Source: Bacillota bacterium (GTDB taxonomy: Bacteria; Bacillota; Clostridia; Caldicoprobacterales; DTU083). Taken from it: DNA of 64,000 nt. The DNA lies in the NCBI GenBank assembly GCA_029549985.1, contig JAKPIB010000035.1, forward strand, positions 29,319 through 93,318, in the 5' to 3' direction. This document shows, one piece after another, positions 11,212 to 20,237 of this stretch. Numbering within the stretch: position 1 is the first letter of the stretch; each line of letters opens with the position of its first letter. The notes beneath the pieces are model-generated. The model did not search any database. It was given only the letters and a program-made list of their open reading frames with translations, and was not told the DNA's origin. The position numbers and the translations under genes were made by a program.

Positions 11212-11310
11212 TCAGGACCGGTTGAGTCATAGATCTCAAATATTGCGGTCACTTTAACTTTGCGGCTGAATATAATATTAGTAAATCAGGCCGTCAAAGG
11301 AGGGATCAGC

Positions 11311-11487
11311 ATGCGGGGCAAATATCGGATAAGAAAAGGACTGTGGTATTTTGTAAATGTGATACTGCCGATTTTACTGATATTTGTTGGAGTTATCCTG
11401 ATCCTTGCAGCTACACCTCCCTGGTTCTGGTTTTTTATATTGGGTATAAGCCTGATAGCAGTCGGAATAATTATATTGAAGAAGTGA
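11311..11487 (+). CDS. small two-TM membrane protein, function unknown
   Basis: ORF 11260..11487. ATG 11311 follows RBS AAAGGAGGGA. Two hydrophobic helices. A terminator follows. Confidence 0.5.
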   Translation: MRGKYRIRKGLWYFVNVILPILLIFVGVILILAATPPWFWFFILGISLIAVGIIILKK

Positions 11488-11494
11488 GATAAAT

Positions 11495-11523
11495 AAAAAA
11501 ACGTGCTCATGCGCACGTTTTTT
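11495..11523. terminator. bidirectional intrinsic terminator
   Basis: A-run, ACGTGC-tcatgc-GCACGT hairpin, then T-run. Lies between the convergent small membrane gene and rpmB. Confidence 0.7.
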
Positions 11524-11532
11524 ATGTTCCGC

Positions 11533-11724
11533 TTAAAGTGAATTTTTGATCTTACCAGTACGGATGCAGCGGGTGCATACATTCAATGTCTTGTGACTAC
11601 CGTTGTCAACTACTCTGACTTTTTTAAGGTTGGGTATCCAGACCCGTCTTGCTTTTCTATTGGAGTGACTGACAGCATTGCCCGACATTCTGCCTTTATT
11701 GCATATATCGCATACTTTTGCCAT
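11533..11724 (-). CDS. rpmB: 50S ribosomal protein L28
   Basis: 63 aa: MAKVCDICNKGRMSGNAVSHSNRKARRVW..., a typical L28. RBS AAGGAGGTG on the - strand. Confidence 0.95.
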   Translation of the reverse strand: MAKVCDICNKGRMSGNAVSHSNRKARRVWIPNLKKVRVVDNGSHKTLNVCTRCIRTGKIKNSL

Positions 11725-11786
11725 TACCGAACACCTCCTTTAAAACGAGAAAACTGCAGGCAAAGAATTTGAATAAAACAAGTACT

Positions 11787-11815
11787 ATTTTAACACTACA
11801 TTATAGTTTTGGCAA
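11787..11815 (-). promoter_or_regulatory. putative sigma-A promoter of rpmB
   Basis: On the - strand: TTGCCA, 17 nt spacer, TAAAAT. Confidence 0.45.
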
Positions 11816-11838
11816 GATAAAGAAAATAATAACCAATG

Positions 11839-11867
11839 TTGCATATTCATATCTTATAAGATAAAAT
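11839..11867 (+). promoter_or_regulatory. putative sigma-A promoter of the Asp23/DAK2 operon
   Basis: TTGCAT, 17 nt spacer, TAAAAT, about 95 nt upstream of the start codon. Confidence 0.5.
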
Positions 11868-11964
11868 AGTTATATCGTCTAGGCGGCTTATTTTTGCTGC
11901 AACGCGTTAAGAAAGCACATCCGACAGTAGGTTTTAAGACCAGAGCCTGATAGGAGGTATATTG

Positions 11965-12315
11965 ATGGGAGCCAAGAAAACCAATTCCCTGGGTGAGATA
12001 ATTATATCAGATGATGTATTGGCTGTCTTAGCCGGAATAACTGCCATAGGATGCTATGGCATAGTTGGTATGGCATCCAAGAGGGCAACCGATGGGATCG
12101 TAGAGCTTCTAGGCCTTGACAATCTGTCCAGGGGAGTTAAGGTTTACACCCAGGACAATGAAGTAATCATAGATTTATTCATAATCGTAGAGTATGGGAT
12201 TTCCATTGCCGCTGTCGCTAAGAATGTGATCGATACAGTGAAGTACAATGTAGAAAACCTTACAGGTACTACAGTCAAGAAAGTCAACATTACAGTCGAA
12301 GGTGTTAGGGTCTAG
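11965..12315 (+). CDS. Asp23/Gls24-family (YloU-like) protein
   Basis: ORF 11962..12315. ATG 11965 lies 7 nt after AGGAGG. Asp23-like sequence (ISDDVLAVLAGITA...VNITVEGV). Paired with the DAK2 gene as in yloU-yloV. Confidence 0.88.
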   Translation: MGAKKTNSLGEIIISDDVLAVLAGITAIGCYGIVGMASKRATDGIVELLGLDNLSRGVKVYTQDNEVIIDLFIIVEYGISIAAVAKNVIDTVKYNVENLTGTTVKKVNITVEGVRV

Positions 12316-12348
12316 CTTTCACCGGGGCAAAAGAGGAGGTACTCAAAG

Positions 12349-13989
12349 TTGAACCAGAATTTGATTGATGGTGCAAAGCTGAAGCAGATGTTCCTATATG
12401 CTGCACAGTTTTTAGAAAAAAACAAGCAGGCAGTCAATTCATTGAATGTTTTTCCGGTACCCGATGGAGATACTGGAACCAATATGTCGCTTACAATGCT
12501 GTCAGCCGCCAGGGAAATCAGTGCACTAAATAATGATGATCTTACCCAGGTGGCTGATGCTCTGTCCCGTGGCTCATTAAAGGGAGCACGGGGCAATTCA
12601 GGTGTTATACTTTCGCAGCTTTTCCGAGGCTTTGCCAAAGCATTGAAGGGCGAGGAAAGCATAAATACGGTAAAATATGCAGATGCGATGATAGCTGGTT
12701 CCGAAACAGCCTACAAGGCTGTAATGAAGCCGGTGGAAGGTACGATACTTACAGTTGCCCGAGTGACTGCAGAGGAAGGCAGAAAGATCGCCCAGAATAC
12801 TCCTGATTTTTCAGAGTTTTTTTCTAAGATCATCATGGTTGCAAAGGAGACCCTTGACAACACGCCAAATCTGTTGCCCGTGCTGAAGCAGGCAGGTGTA
12901 GTAGATTCAGGCGGCATGGGTTATCTATATATACTCCTGGGCTGCGCCCATGCACTAGATGAGGACTTTGACCTGGATCTGTCATTGCTTGATCTGGACG
13001 CCCCATATCAGGTTCCCCAGTTCGAACCGATGGAGGAAGAATCGATCGAGTTCGGATATTGCACGGAGTTCTTTATAAAGAATCTCCATCCAAATGTAAC
13101 AGAGCAGGACATAGACAAGCTCAAAGAAAAGCTGGAAAAGCTCGGGGACTCTATTGTGGTCGTCGGCGATGAGAACCTGATAAAGGTGCATTTCCATACC
13201 AATATGCCCGGCAAAGGCCTTCAACTTGGCTTAAGATTCGGAGAGCTTACCAACATAAAAATCGACAACATGCGCGAGCAGCACCGCCATATCAACGATT
13301 TTGATATACCTGCCAAGGATGATACACCCGAAAAGGAATACGGTATATTGTCAGTATCGATGGGCAACGGGATCGCAAGCATCTTCAAGGATCTTAACAC
13401 GGATTACATCATAGAGGGCGGCCAGACTATGAACCCGAGCATCGAGGACATCCTCAAAGGCGTTGCCCGCGTAAAAGCGAAAAATCTGTTTATTTTGCCA
13501 AACAACAGCAATATAGTGCTGTCTGCCAGTCAGGCGGCCAAGGTCAGTGACAAGCCCCTGCATGTGATCCCGACCAAGTCTATCCCCCAGGGCCTAGCTG
13601 CTTTGATTGCATTCAATCCAGATGCTTCGCTTGAAGAAAATCTGGAGGCTATGACCGAAGCCATCTCGAACGTAAAAACGGGGCAGGTCACTTATGCTGT
13701 CAGAAGTACCAATATCAACAACACAGCTATAGAAGAAGGGGATATAATAGGTATCTCAGACGGCAAGATCGGAGCTGTAGGAAAAAACATCGCCGAGGTA
13801 ACAATGAGGCTGATCGACAGCATGGTGGACGAGGACTCGGAGATTGTAACGATCTTCTACGGCAAAGAAGCATCGACCGGGGACACAGAGCAGATATCCT
13901 CCCACATTAGGGAAAAATATCCGGACCTGGATCTGGAAGTTCTCGACGGTGGGCAGCCCCTGTATTATTATATAATTTCAGTAGAATAA
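12349..13989 (+). CDS. DAK2-domain fusion protein (YloV-like)
   Basis: 546 aa. DAK2 N-terminal motifs (PDGDTGTNM, GARGNSGVILSQ). C-terminal YloV-type domain. TTG start 9 nt after GAGGAGG. Confidence 0.9.
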   Translation: MNQNLIDGAKLKQMFLYAAQFLEKNKQAVNSLNVFPVPDGDTGTNMSLTMLSAAREISALNNDDLTQVADALSRGSLKGARGNSGVILSQLFRGFAKALKGEESINTVKYADAMIAGSETAYKAVMKPVEGTILTVARVTAEEGRKIAQNTPDFSEFFSKIIMVAKETLDNTPNLLPVLKQAGVVDSGGMGYLYILLGCAHALDEDFDLDLSLLDLDAPYQVPQFEPMEEESIEFGYCTEFFIKNLHPNVTEQDIDKLKEKLEKLGDSIVVVGDENLIKVHFHTNMPGKGLQLGLRFGELTNIKIDNMREQHRHINDFDIPAKDDTPEKEYGILSVSMGNGIASIFKDLNTDYIIEGGQTMNPSIEDILKGVARVKAKNLFILPNNSNIVLSASQAAKVSDKPLHVIPTKSIPQGLAALIAFNPDASLEENLEAMTEAISNVKTGQVTYAVRSTNINNTAIEEGDIIGISDGKIGAVGKNIAEVTMRLIDSMVDEDSEIVTIFYGKEASTGDTEQISSHIREKYPDLDLEVLDGGQPLYYYIISVE

Positions 13990-14010
13990 GCCGGAGCTAA
14001 TCCGGCTTTT
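13989..14010 (+). terminator. intrinsic terminator or attenuator after the DAK2 gene
   Basis: AGCCGGA-gctaa-TCCGGCT hairpin plus TTTT. Confidence 0.65.
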
Positions 14011-14030
14011 GCTTTAACAGAGGACAGCAT

Positions 14031-16082
14031 ATGAAAAGGTTGTCTGACAGTATATCATCCTTGAAGGGCGTAGGGCCCAAGAAAGCATCTTTACTGCATA
14101 GATTGGGGATCCTTACGCTGGAGGATGCCCTGAATCATTTTCCCCGGGACTATGAAGAGATCAAGGCAGCAAAACCTATTGAAGCTGTTGTTGACGGCGA
14201 GATATCGTCTGTTTGTGCAATATTTGAGGGTTCATCAAGGACAAAGCGGGCAAAAGGCCTGACCGTTACCTATGTAAAAGCCTACGACGATACCGGGCTG
14301 CTAGAATGCGTCTGGTTCAATCAGCCATACAGGGCAACGCTATACAAGCCAGATATACCCTATTTTATAAGGGGCAAAGCCACACGTAAGGGTAAAATTC
14401 TGCAAATGCAAAACCCGACTGTTGAATCATATGACCCCAGGATTCACTCTGTGGACAGGCTCCTGCCGATATATCCTTTGACCCGGGGGCTTACACAGAA
14501 TGACTTGCGCAATGTGATACATACAATACTCGATTCAATCGAAAGGGAGTATATCGACGCCTTTGACAGGCTGGCCACTGAAGAATATGGCCTTATCTCC
14601 AAAGCGAGCGCATATAAGCTCATACATTTTCCTGACAACCTTGAATCGCTTCGATTGGCCAGAAAACGCCTGAAATTTGATGAGTTTTTTACAATGCTGG
14701 TTTCAGCCGGCTATCAAAGGAAAGCCTTACGGTCCGGTATCACAGGCAAACGGATTTCAGTTGATAATATCAGAGTCGCTGAATTTTTAGACAATCTGCC
14801 CTTCAAGCTTACCGAATCCCAGCAAAAAGTATTGACCGATATATATGCAGACCTTTCCGGCGAAAAGGTTATGAATCGGCTGATCCAGGGAGATGTGGGG
14901 TCCGGTAAAACAGTCATAGCTGCAGCTGCAATGTGCGCCTCTGCCGCATCAGGTCATCAGAGCGCCATGATGGTCCCAACAGAGATATTAGCAAGGCAGC
15001 ATATGGAAACCATGAGCCGGATGTTTGAGAAAACCAACATCAGACTGTCATTACTGACAGGCAGAATGAGCAATGCTGAAAAGTCCTTGGTCAAAAGATC
15101 CATTGCGGAGGGCACAACGGATATAGTTATAGGTACCCATGCTGTATTACAGCAGGACGTCTTATTTAAAGACCTGGCGCTGGTAATAACGGATGAGCAG
15201 CATAGGTTTGGGGTCAGGCAGCGGATGCTGCTCCGCAGCAAGGGTGAGGGTACGATGCCCCATTTTCTGGTTATGTCAGCTACGCCTATACCAAGAACAC
15301 TTGCACAGGCCCTGTATGGAGACCTTGATGTATCCATATTAGAGGGTAAACCGCCCGGCCGGATGCCTGTGAAGACCCATCTCATACCATCCAGCCTTAG
15401 AGACAGGCTTTACAACTTTATCAGAAACAGAGCATTGGGAGGCGAACAAGCCTACATCGTATGTCCGCAAATAGAAAACGCAAGTGATGGCATGAAATCA
15501 GCAGAGGAGCTATATGCTGAGCTGACCAAAACCCATTTGAAGGGCATAACAACAGGGCTGATCCATGGCAGGCTGGACCCGGATGAAAAAGAAAAGATCA
15601 TGGAAAGATTCGCGAAAGGACAGATCAAGGTACTTGTGTCAACCACAGTGATCGAGGTTGGAATCAATGTCCCCAATGCCACTGTCATTGCTATAGAAAA
15701 CGCAGAACGGTTCGGCTTGGCCCAGCTGCACCAGCTCCGGGGCAGAGTGGGGAGAGGGGACAAGCCTTCATACTGCATACTGATCTCCGATGCGAAAGAC
15801 GAAACTACCAAAGCCCGGTTGATGGCTCTGGTCAGAACCAATGACGGCTTCGACCTGGCAGAAAAAGACTTGCAACTCAGAGGGCCAGGCGACCTATACG
15901 GCATCAGGCAGCATGGGCTTCCGCAATTTACAATTGCCAATCCGCTTATGAATATGGATATTTTCACCTTCGCCCAGAAAGCAGCTAAAGAGGTCCTGGA
16001 AAAGGCGGACCAGGCCGGCTGCAGGAAAATAATCGAGATTTGCCTGGAAAAGCATAATAAACTGGCAGCAATGTCAGATTAA
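14031..16082 (+). CDS. recG: ATP-dependent DNA helicase RecG
   Basis: 683 aa. Wedge domain, Walker A GDVGSGKT, DEQH box, and QLHQLRGRVGRG motif. Confidence 0.95.
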   Translation: MKRLSDSISSLKGVGPKKASLLHRLGILTLEDALNHFPRDYEEIKAAKPIEAVVDGEISSVCAIFEGSSRTKRAKGLTVTYVKAYDDTGLLECVWFNQPYRATLYKPDIPYFIRGKATRKGKILQMQNPTVESYDPRIHSVDRLLPIYPLTRGLTQNDLRNVIHTILDSIEREYIDAFDRLATEEYGLISKASAYKLIHFPDNLESLRLARKRLKFDEFFTMLVSAGYQRKALRSGITGKRISVDNIRVAEFLDNLPFKLTESQQKVLTDIYADLSGEKVMNRLIQGDVGSGKTVIAAAAMCASAASGHQSAMMVPTEILARQHMETMSRMFEKTNIRLSLLTGRMSNAEKSLVKRSIAEGTTDIVIGTHAVLQQDVLFKDLALVITDEQHRFGVRQRMLLRSKGEGTMPHFLVMSATPIPRTLAQALYGDLDVSILEGKPPGRMPVKTHLIPSSLRDRLYNFIRNRALGGEQAYIVCPQIENASDGMKSAEELYAELTKTHLKGITTGLIHGRLDPDEKEKIMERFAKGQIKVLVSTTVIEVGINVPNATVIAIENAERFGLAQLHQLRGRVGRGDKPSYCILISDAKDETTKARLMALVRTNDGFDLAEKDLQLRGPGDLYGIRQHGLPQFTIANPLMNMDIFTFAQKAAKEVLEKADQAGCRKIIEICLEKHNKLAAMSD

Positions 16083-16156
16083 ACACCTCCGATATCACGA
16101 GTAATTTTTTCTACCCGGGTTAAATTAACATTACTAAAGTTATCGGAGGTGAAACC

Positions 16157-16372
16157 ATGGCTGGCAGGAAGAGCAAACCAAAAGCTGTACCTGAAGCTGA
16201 AAATGCTCTCAACAAAATGAAGTTTGAAGTGGCGGATCAGCTTGGCGTTGATCTCAAGGAAGGTTATAATGGTGATCTAACCTCCAAAGAGGCTGGCTCA
16301 ATCGGCGGTCAGATGGTGAAGAAGATGATAGAACAGGCTGAGAAGCAGATGAGCAGAAAGCAGCCCAAATAA
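16157..16372 (+). CDS. alpha/beta-type small acid-soluble spore protein
   Basis: 71 aa. Has KFEVADQLGV and LTSKEAGSIGGQMVKKMIE, the two conserved SASP blocks. Strong RBS GGAGGTG. Confidence 0.9.
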   Translation: MAGRKSKPKAVPEAENALNKMKFEVADQLGVDLKEGYNGDLTSKEAGSIGGQMVKKMIEQAEKQMSRKQPK

Positions 16373-16383
16373 CTTTAGAGCGT

Positions 16384-16411
16384 GGGAGCAGGTTTGATGC
16401 CTGTTCCCTTT
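16384..16411 (+). terminator. putative terminator after the SASP gene
   Basis: GGGAGCAGG-tttgatg-CCTGTTCCC (9 bp including one G-U pair) followed by TTT. Confidence 0.5.
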
Positions 16412-16643
16412 ATGTATAAAAAAGCTGGTGACTGCCAGTCACCAGGATTGGGAGAGGAGAAATTGAAGGAAGAGCTATGTTGGATGTTGGAAACATCTCA
16501 ACTAAGGCTTATTGTTTGCAGTTATATGCAAAATATACTTCTATCCGGGCTTTCTTGTTCTGCTGGTTTAATTGTGCTAAAATACCAATAGGAACATGAG
16601 TAATCAGGTATTAATGATCTTAATGCGAAGGGTCATGGACGAT

Positions 16644-17234
16644 ATGCTACGCATAATATCAGGCAGTCTGAAAGGAAGAAGCCTTAAGACGTTGAACGGC
16701 AACAATACACGACCGACTGCCGATAGAGTAAAAGAATCGTTGTTCAACATCATACACAGCAGGCTGCCCGGAAGCACAGTGCTGGACCTTTTCGCAGGCA
16801 CAGGCAATCTAGGTCTTGAAGCTATAAGCCGGGGCAGCAATATAGCTGTTTTCGTTGAAAAGGATCGCAAGGCATTGGCTGTACTCCGGGACAACTGTAA
16901 AGCTCTGGGCTGTACTGAGAATACCGTCGTTATGCCCATGGATGTGCTGAGAGCCATCAAATGCTTACAGGATAAAGGCTTCGTCTTCGATATAGTCTTC
17001 ATGGATCCGCCTTACGACAGGGATTTTGAATTACCGGTCATCATGGCTCTTTCAGAATCAAGGATAGTAAGGGATGACGGCATTATAATCGTAGAGCATA
17101 TGACTACTGATGACCAGCCTGACACCGCAGGGGATTTCACCAGGTTCGACACCCGACGTTACGGTAATACGAGCATAAGCTTTTACAGAAAGGAACAGTC
17201 AAATGAGAGCAGCAGTGTACCCGGGGAGCTTTGA
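16644..17234 (+). CDS. rsmD: 16S rRNA (guanine966-N2)-methyltransferase
   Basis: ORF 16596..17234; the likely start is M at 16644 (MLRIISGSLKGR). Motifs TRPTADRVKESLFN, DLFAGTGNLGLEA and DPPY. Confidence 0.88.
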   Translation: MLRIISGSLKGRSLKTLNGNNTRPTADRVKESLFNIIHSRLPGSTVLDLFAGTGNLGLEAISRGSNIAVFVEKDRKALAVLRDNCKALGCTENTVVMPMDVLRAIKCLQDKGFVFDIVFMDPPYDRDFELPVIMALSESRIVRDDGIIIVEHMTTDDQPDTAGDFTRFDTRRYGNTSISFYRKEQSNESSSVPGEL

Positions 17235-17679
17235 CCCCATAACAAACGGCCATCTGGATGTGATAAAGCGCTCGGCCGGATTGTTTGACCTGCTTATAGT
17301 AGCCGTAGCGAAAAACAGCGGCAAGAAGCCGACGTTTTCAGTTGAAGAACGTATCGATATGATCAGAAGGGTTACGCATCATATTCCCAATGTTGTTGTA
17401 GACAATTTTGAAGGTCTGTTGGTCGAATATGCAGCAAGCAAAAATACAAGCGTGATAATCAAGGGATTGAGGGCAGTTTCTGATTTTGAGTATGAATTTC
17501 AAATGGCTTTGATGAACAAAAAGCTGAAGCCGGGCATTGAAACTGTGTTTATAATGACAGACCACAAATATTCTTATTTAAGCTCAAGTATGGTAAGAGA
17601 GGTGGCTAGCCTGGGCGGTTCCATTGAAGGCCTTGTACCGGATGAGATCATAGCTGACATTGAAAATAAATACAAATGA
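17203..17679 (+). CDS. coaD: phosphopantetheine adenylyltransferase
   Basis: YPGSFDPITNGH motif and ISSSMVRE. Conserved rsmD-coaD pair. Confidence 0.95.
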   Translation: MRAAVYPGSFDPITNGHLDVIKRSAGLFDLLIVAVAKNSGKKPTFSVEERIDMIRRVTHHIPNVVVDNFEGLLVEYAASKNTSVIIKGLRAVSDFEYEFQMALMNKKLKPGIETVFIMTDHKYSYLSSSMVREVASLGGSIEGLVPDEIIADIENKYK

Positions 17680-18149
17680 AAGAGTATGAGGGGGCTAAGA
17701 TGAACATTTTCTCACTACTGGACAATTTGGAAGACGAGCTTGAAAAAGGCATGAACCTTCCCTTTACCTCCAAATCCTTGATCGACAAAGAAAAGTGTCT
17801 TGAAATCATCAAAGATATCAGGCTCAGCATACCTGATGAAATCAAGCAGGCGGAGTGGATCAAGAAGGAAAGACAGCGGATATTGCTAGAGGCACAGAAA
17901 GAGGCAGAAGCAATCACCAAGGAAGCAGAGCAAAAAATCAGAGCGCTGATCGACGAAAATGAAATAACCCAAAGGGCATACAAGCAATCAAGAGAGATCA
18001 TTGAAAATGCCCAGAACAATGCAAAAGAGATAAGGCTTGGCGCCAAGGAATATGCGGATTCCGTACTGGGAGACGTTATCGAATACCTGACACAGCAGCT
18101 TAATGTCCTGCAGGAAAACAGGCAGGAGTTGAACAGCAAAAAAAGATGA
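17676..18149 (+). CDS. coiled-coil protein of unknown function (ATPase subunit b/E-like composition)
   Basis: 157 aa, rich in K/E/Q/A heptads. ATGA overlap with coaD. No catalytic motif recognised. Confidence 0.6.
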   Translation: MKEYEGAKMNIFSLLDNLEDELEKGMNLPFTSKSLIDKEKCLEIIKDIRLSIPDEIKQAEWIKKERQRILLEAQKEAEAITKEAEQKIRALIDENEITQRAYKQSREIIENAQNNAKEIRLGAKEYADSVLGDVIEYLTQQLNVLQENRQELNSKKR

Positions 18150-18159
18150 GACCAATACC

Positions 18160-19368
18160 TCAGACTGCCTTGCTTCTGATCCTGTATATCGCATAGACTG
18201 ATGCCGACAACCCAAATACGATCATCAGGCTAAGCAAGGACATATAAAGGGAATAAACCAAACTCGCCCTCCAGCCGGGCAAAGCGGGCACCACTGGATT
18301 GAATGCCTGTGCGGCCTCAGGGTATAACCAAAGGGTCATTGGATATGAAATTAGGGCTGCCAACAGACCATGCAGTAGTTTTGTCAGCATGTAAAGGCCG
18401 ATCTTTATGCCGCTGCCTGCAAGCAGAGCAGCAGCCTGGGCGTTGATCGACATGCCGCTCCAGCCAATGATGAACGATACTGCAACGATTTTTAGCTGCA
18501 TCGATACTGCTGCCTGGCTTATTATCTTGCTTCCCGTTGTTATTTCCAACATACCGCCCAGAATGCCGCTCAAAAGGACAGGATCGACATCAATGCCTTT
18601 TAGAATAGTAGATGCGAACGAAGATATATGGCCTATCAAGCCTGTATTGAGCATGAGCTTTATAACCACTGAAAACAGCATTATATATCCGCCTACCACA
18701 AGCAGAACACTGACCGAGTTATTAACAGCCTTGCCCATCAGCTCTCCAAAGGGCTTTTTCTGTTTTGACACGGCTTTGCGAAAGACATCCAGTGCCTTCC
18801 GCAGGCTGACCTTGTCCGTTCTCCTCGACAACCTATTACTCCTGTAAAACCTGAATATGATTCCCAGCACAATTGCAGCCAGATAATGACTTATGAGAAT
18901 CACCCTGCCTCCCTCCACGGTGCCCAGCATGCCGACCGCAACTGCACCTACCATAAAAAGCGGGCCGGATGTCGAACAAAAGGAGAGGATACGCTGGCCT
19001 TCATCGACATCAAGCTTGTTTTCCCTGATTAAAGACCCCACCATCCTGGCTCCTGACGGGTATCCCGATGCAGCACTCATTATCCATATGAACGAGCTTT
19101 TTCCGGAGCAGCGAAAGAGCGGACGCATCAGAGGATTAAGCAATTCAGCAGCAAAATCGATGATCCCAAGGTCGATCATCAGATCGGAGACTATAAAAAA
19201 GGGCAGCAGAGCGGGGAAGACAGATTTAAGGAATATTTCAAGCCCGGATAAGGCAGCGTGATATGTATCCTGAGGATACTTCAGTATACAGAAAAGAAGC
19301 AGCGAGACAAAAATAACAGGGAGCAGGGCATGAGTCTTTTTTAATTTTGAAAAAAAGCTTTTCATCAT
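18160..19368 (-). CDS. ylbJ: sporulation integral membrane protein YlbJ (nucleoside-recognition/Gate domains)
   Basis: 402 aa, polytopic. Sequence pattern (FPALLPFFIVS, SGYPSGA, STSGPLFM) and position next to coaD match B. subtilis ylbJ. Confidence 0.85.
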   Translation of the reverse strand: MMKSFFSKLKKTHALLPVIFVSLLLFCILKYPQDTYHAALSGLEIFLKSVFPALLPFFIVSDLMIDLGIIDFAAELLNPLMRPLFRCSGKSSFIWIMSAASGYPSGARMVGSLIRENKLDVDEGQRILSFCSTSGPLFMVGAVAVGMLGTVEGGRVILISHYLAAIVLGIIFRFYRSNRLSRRTDKVSLRKALDVFRKAVSKQKKPFGELMGKAVNNSVSVLLVVGGYIMLFSVVIKLMLNTGLIGHISSFASTILKGIDVDPVLLSGILGGMLEITTGSKIISQAAVSMQLKIVAVSFIIGWSGMSINAQAAALLAGSGIKIGLYMLTKLLHGLLAALISYPMTLWLYPEAAQAFNPVVPALPGWRASLVYSLYMSLLSLMIVFGLSASVYAIYRIRSKAV

Positions 19369-19448
19369 TCCACCGCCAAAACACTAAAATTGGTGTTTCA
19401 TCTGCAGAACTAAACCAATAATATATGTATTAAAAAGGGAGTGGTTCT

Positions 19449-20237
19449 ATGAAGGGAAAACCCAAAATAGGTTTGGCGCTAGGAGCGGGAGCGACCAGGG
19501 GGTTTGCTCATATAGGAGTTTTGCAGGTGATGGAAGAGCTTGGCATAAGACCGGATTTCATAGCTGGCAGCAGCATCGGCGCAATAATAGGTGCATTGTA
19601 TGCTGCCGGAGTATCGCCAAAAATGATGGAAGGCATAGCTTATAATCTTGAACCCGGGTTGTGCTATGACTTGTGTGTGCCCCGAAAAGGGTTCATACAG
19701 GGCAATAAGCTGGAAAACCTGATCAGAATGCTTACACGAAACAAGGATTTCGAGGAACTGGACATACCCCTGGCAGTTACGGCAGTAGATCTGATAACTT
19801 CTGAAAGGGTCATTCTCAGGACTGGCAATGTAGCAAGGGCAGTGAGGGCCAGTATCTCTATCCCGGGCGTGTTCAAACCGGTATATGACGGTGATAGAGT
19901 ATTGGTGGACGGAGGTATATTGGAGCGGGTACCGGTCAATGTGGTCCGGGAAATGGGAAGCGACATAGTGATAGGAGTAGATGTGGGCTTTAGAGGAAAG
20001 CATCGCACTACTTCCAACATCCTTGAGATCATACTGCAGTCCTTCGAAGTAATGGAGCTTGAGATAATCAGACATACAGTCCCTGACAATGCCATTATGA
20101 TATACCCTAATATAAATGTCCAGAATCCCCTCGGCTTTGATCATGTGGAGGAAACTATAAAAGCCGGCAGGAAAGCTGCTTTGGATGTGCTACAAAGCAG
20201 CAGGAAGCTGCCTAGAGCATTACAGGTCCCTGTGTAA
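19449..20237 (+). CDS. patatin-like phospholipase (YlbK/RssA-like)
   Basis: GAGATRG oxyanion motif, GSSIG nucleophile elbow, and DGG catalytic Asp motif. Confidence 0.88.
   Translation: MKGKPKIGLALGAGATRGFAHIGVLQVMEELGIRPDFIAGSSIGAIIGALYAAGVSPKMMEGIAYNLEPGLCYDLCVPRKGFIQGNKLENLIRMLTRNKDFEELDIPLAVTAVDLITSERVILRTGNVARAVRASISIPGVFKPVYDGDRVLVDGGILERVPVNVVREMGSDIVIGVDVGFRGKHRTTSNILEIILQSFEVMELEIIRHTVPDNAIMIYPNINVQNPLGFDHVEETIKAGRKAALDVLQSSRKLPRALQVPV

Noticed and set aside
16095-16140. Candidate forespore (sigma-G) promoter for the SASP gene, based on CATTACTA at 16129-16136.
   Set aside because: It does not fit CAT-NN-TA exactly, and no GNATA-type -35 is found at the correct spacing. I could not support a call.
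16382-16591. 69-aa + strand ORF between the SASP gene and rsmD.
   Set aside because: It has no RBS, starts inside the terminator hairpin and has no recognisable motif. I treated the region as non-coding spacer.
18407-19261. Two + strand ORFs (146 aa and 122 aa) opposite ylbJ.
   Set aside because: They are antisense to a well-supported polytopic membrane gene. They are Pro/Ser/Ala-rich shadows.
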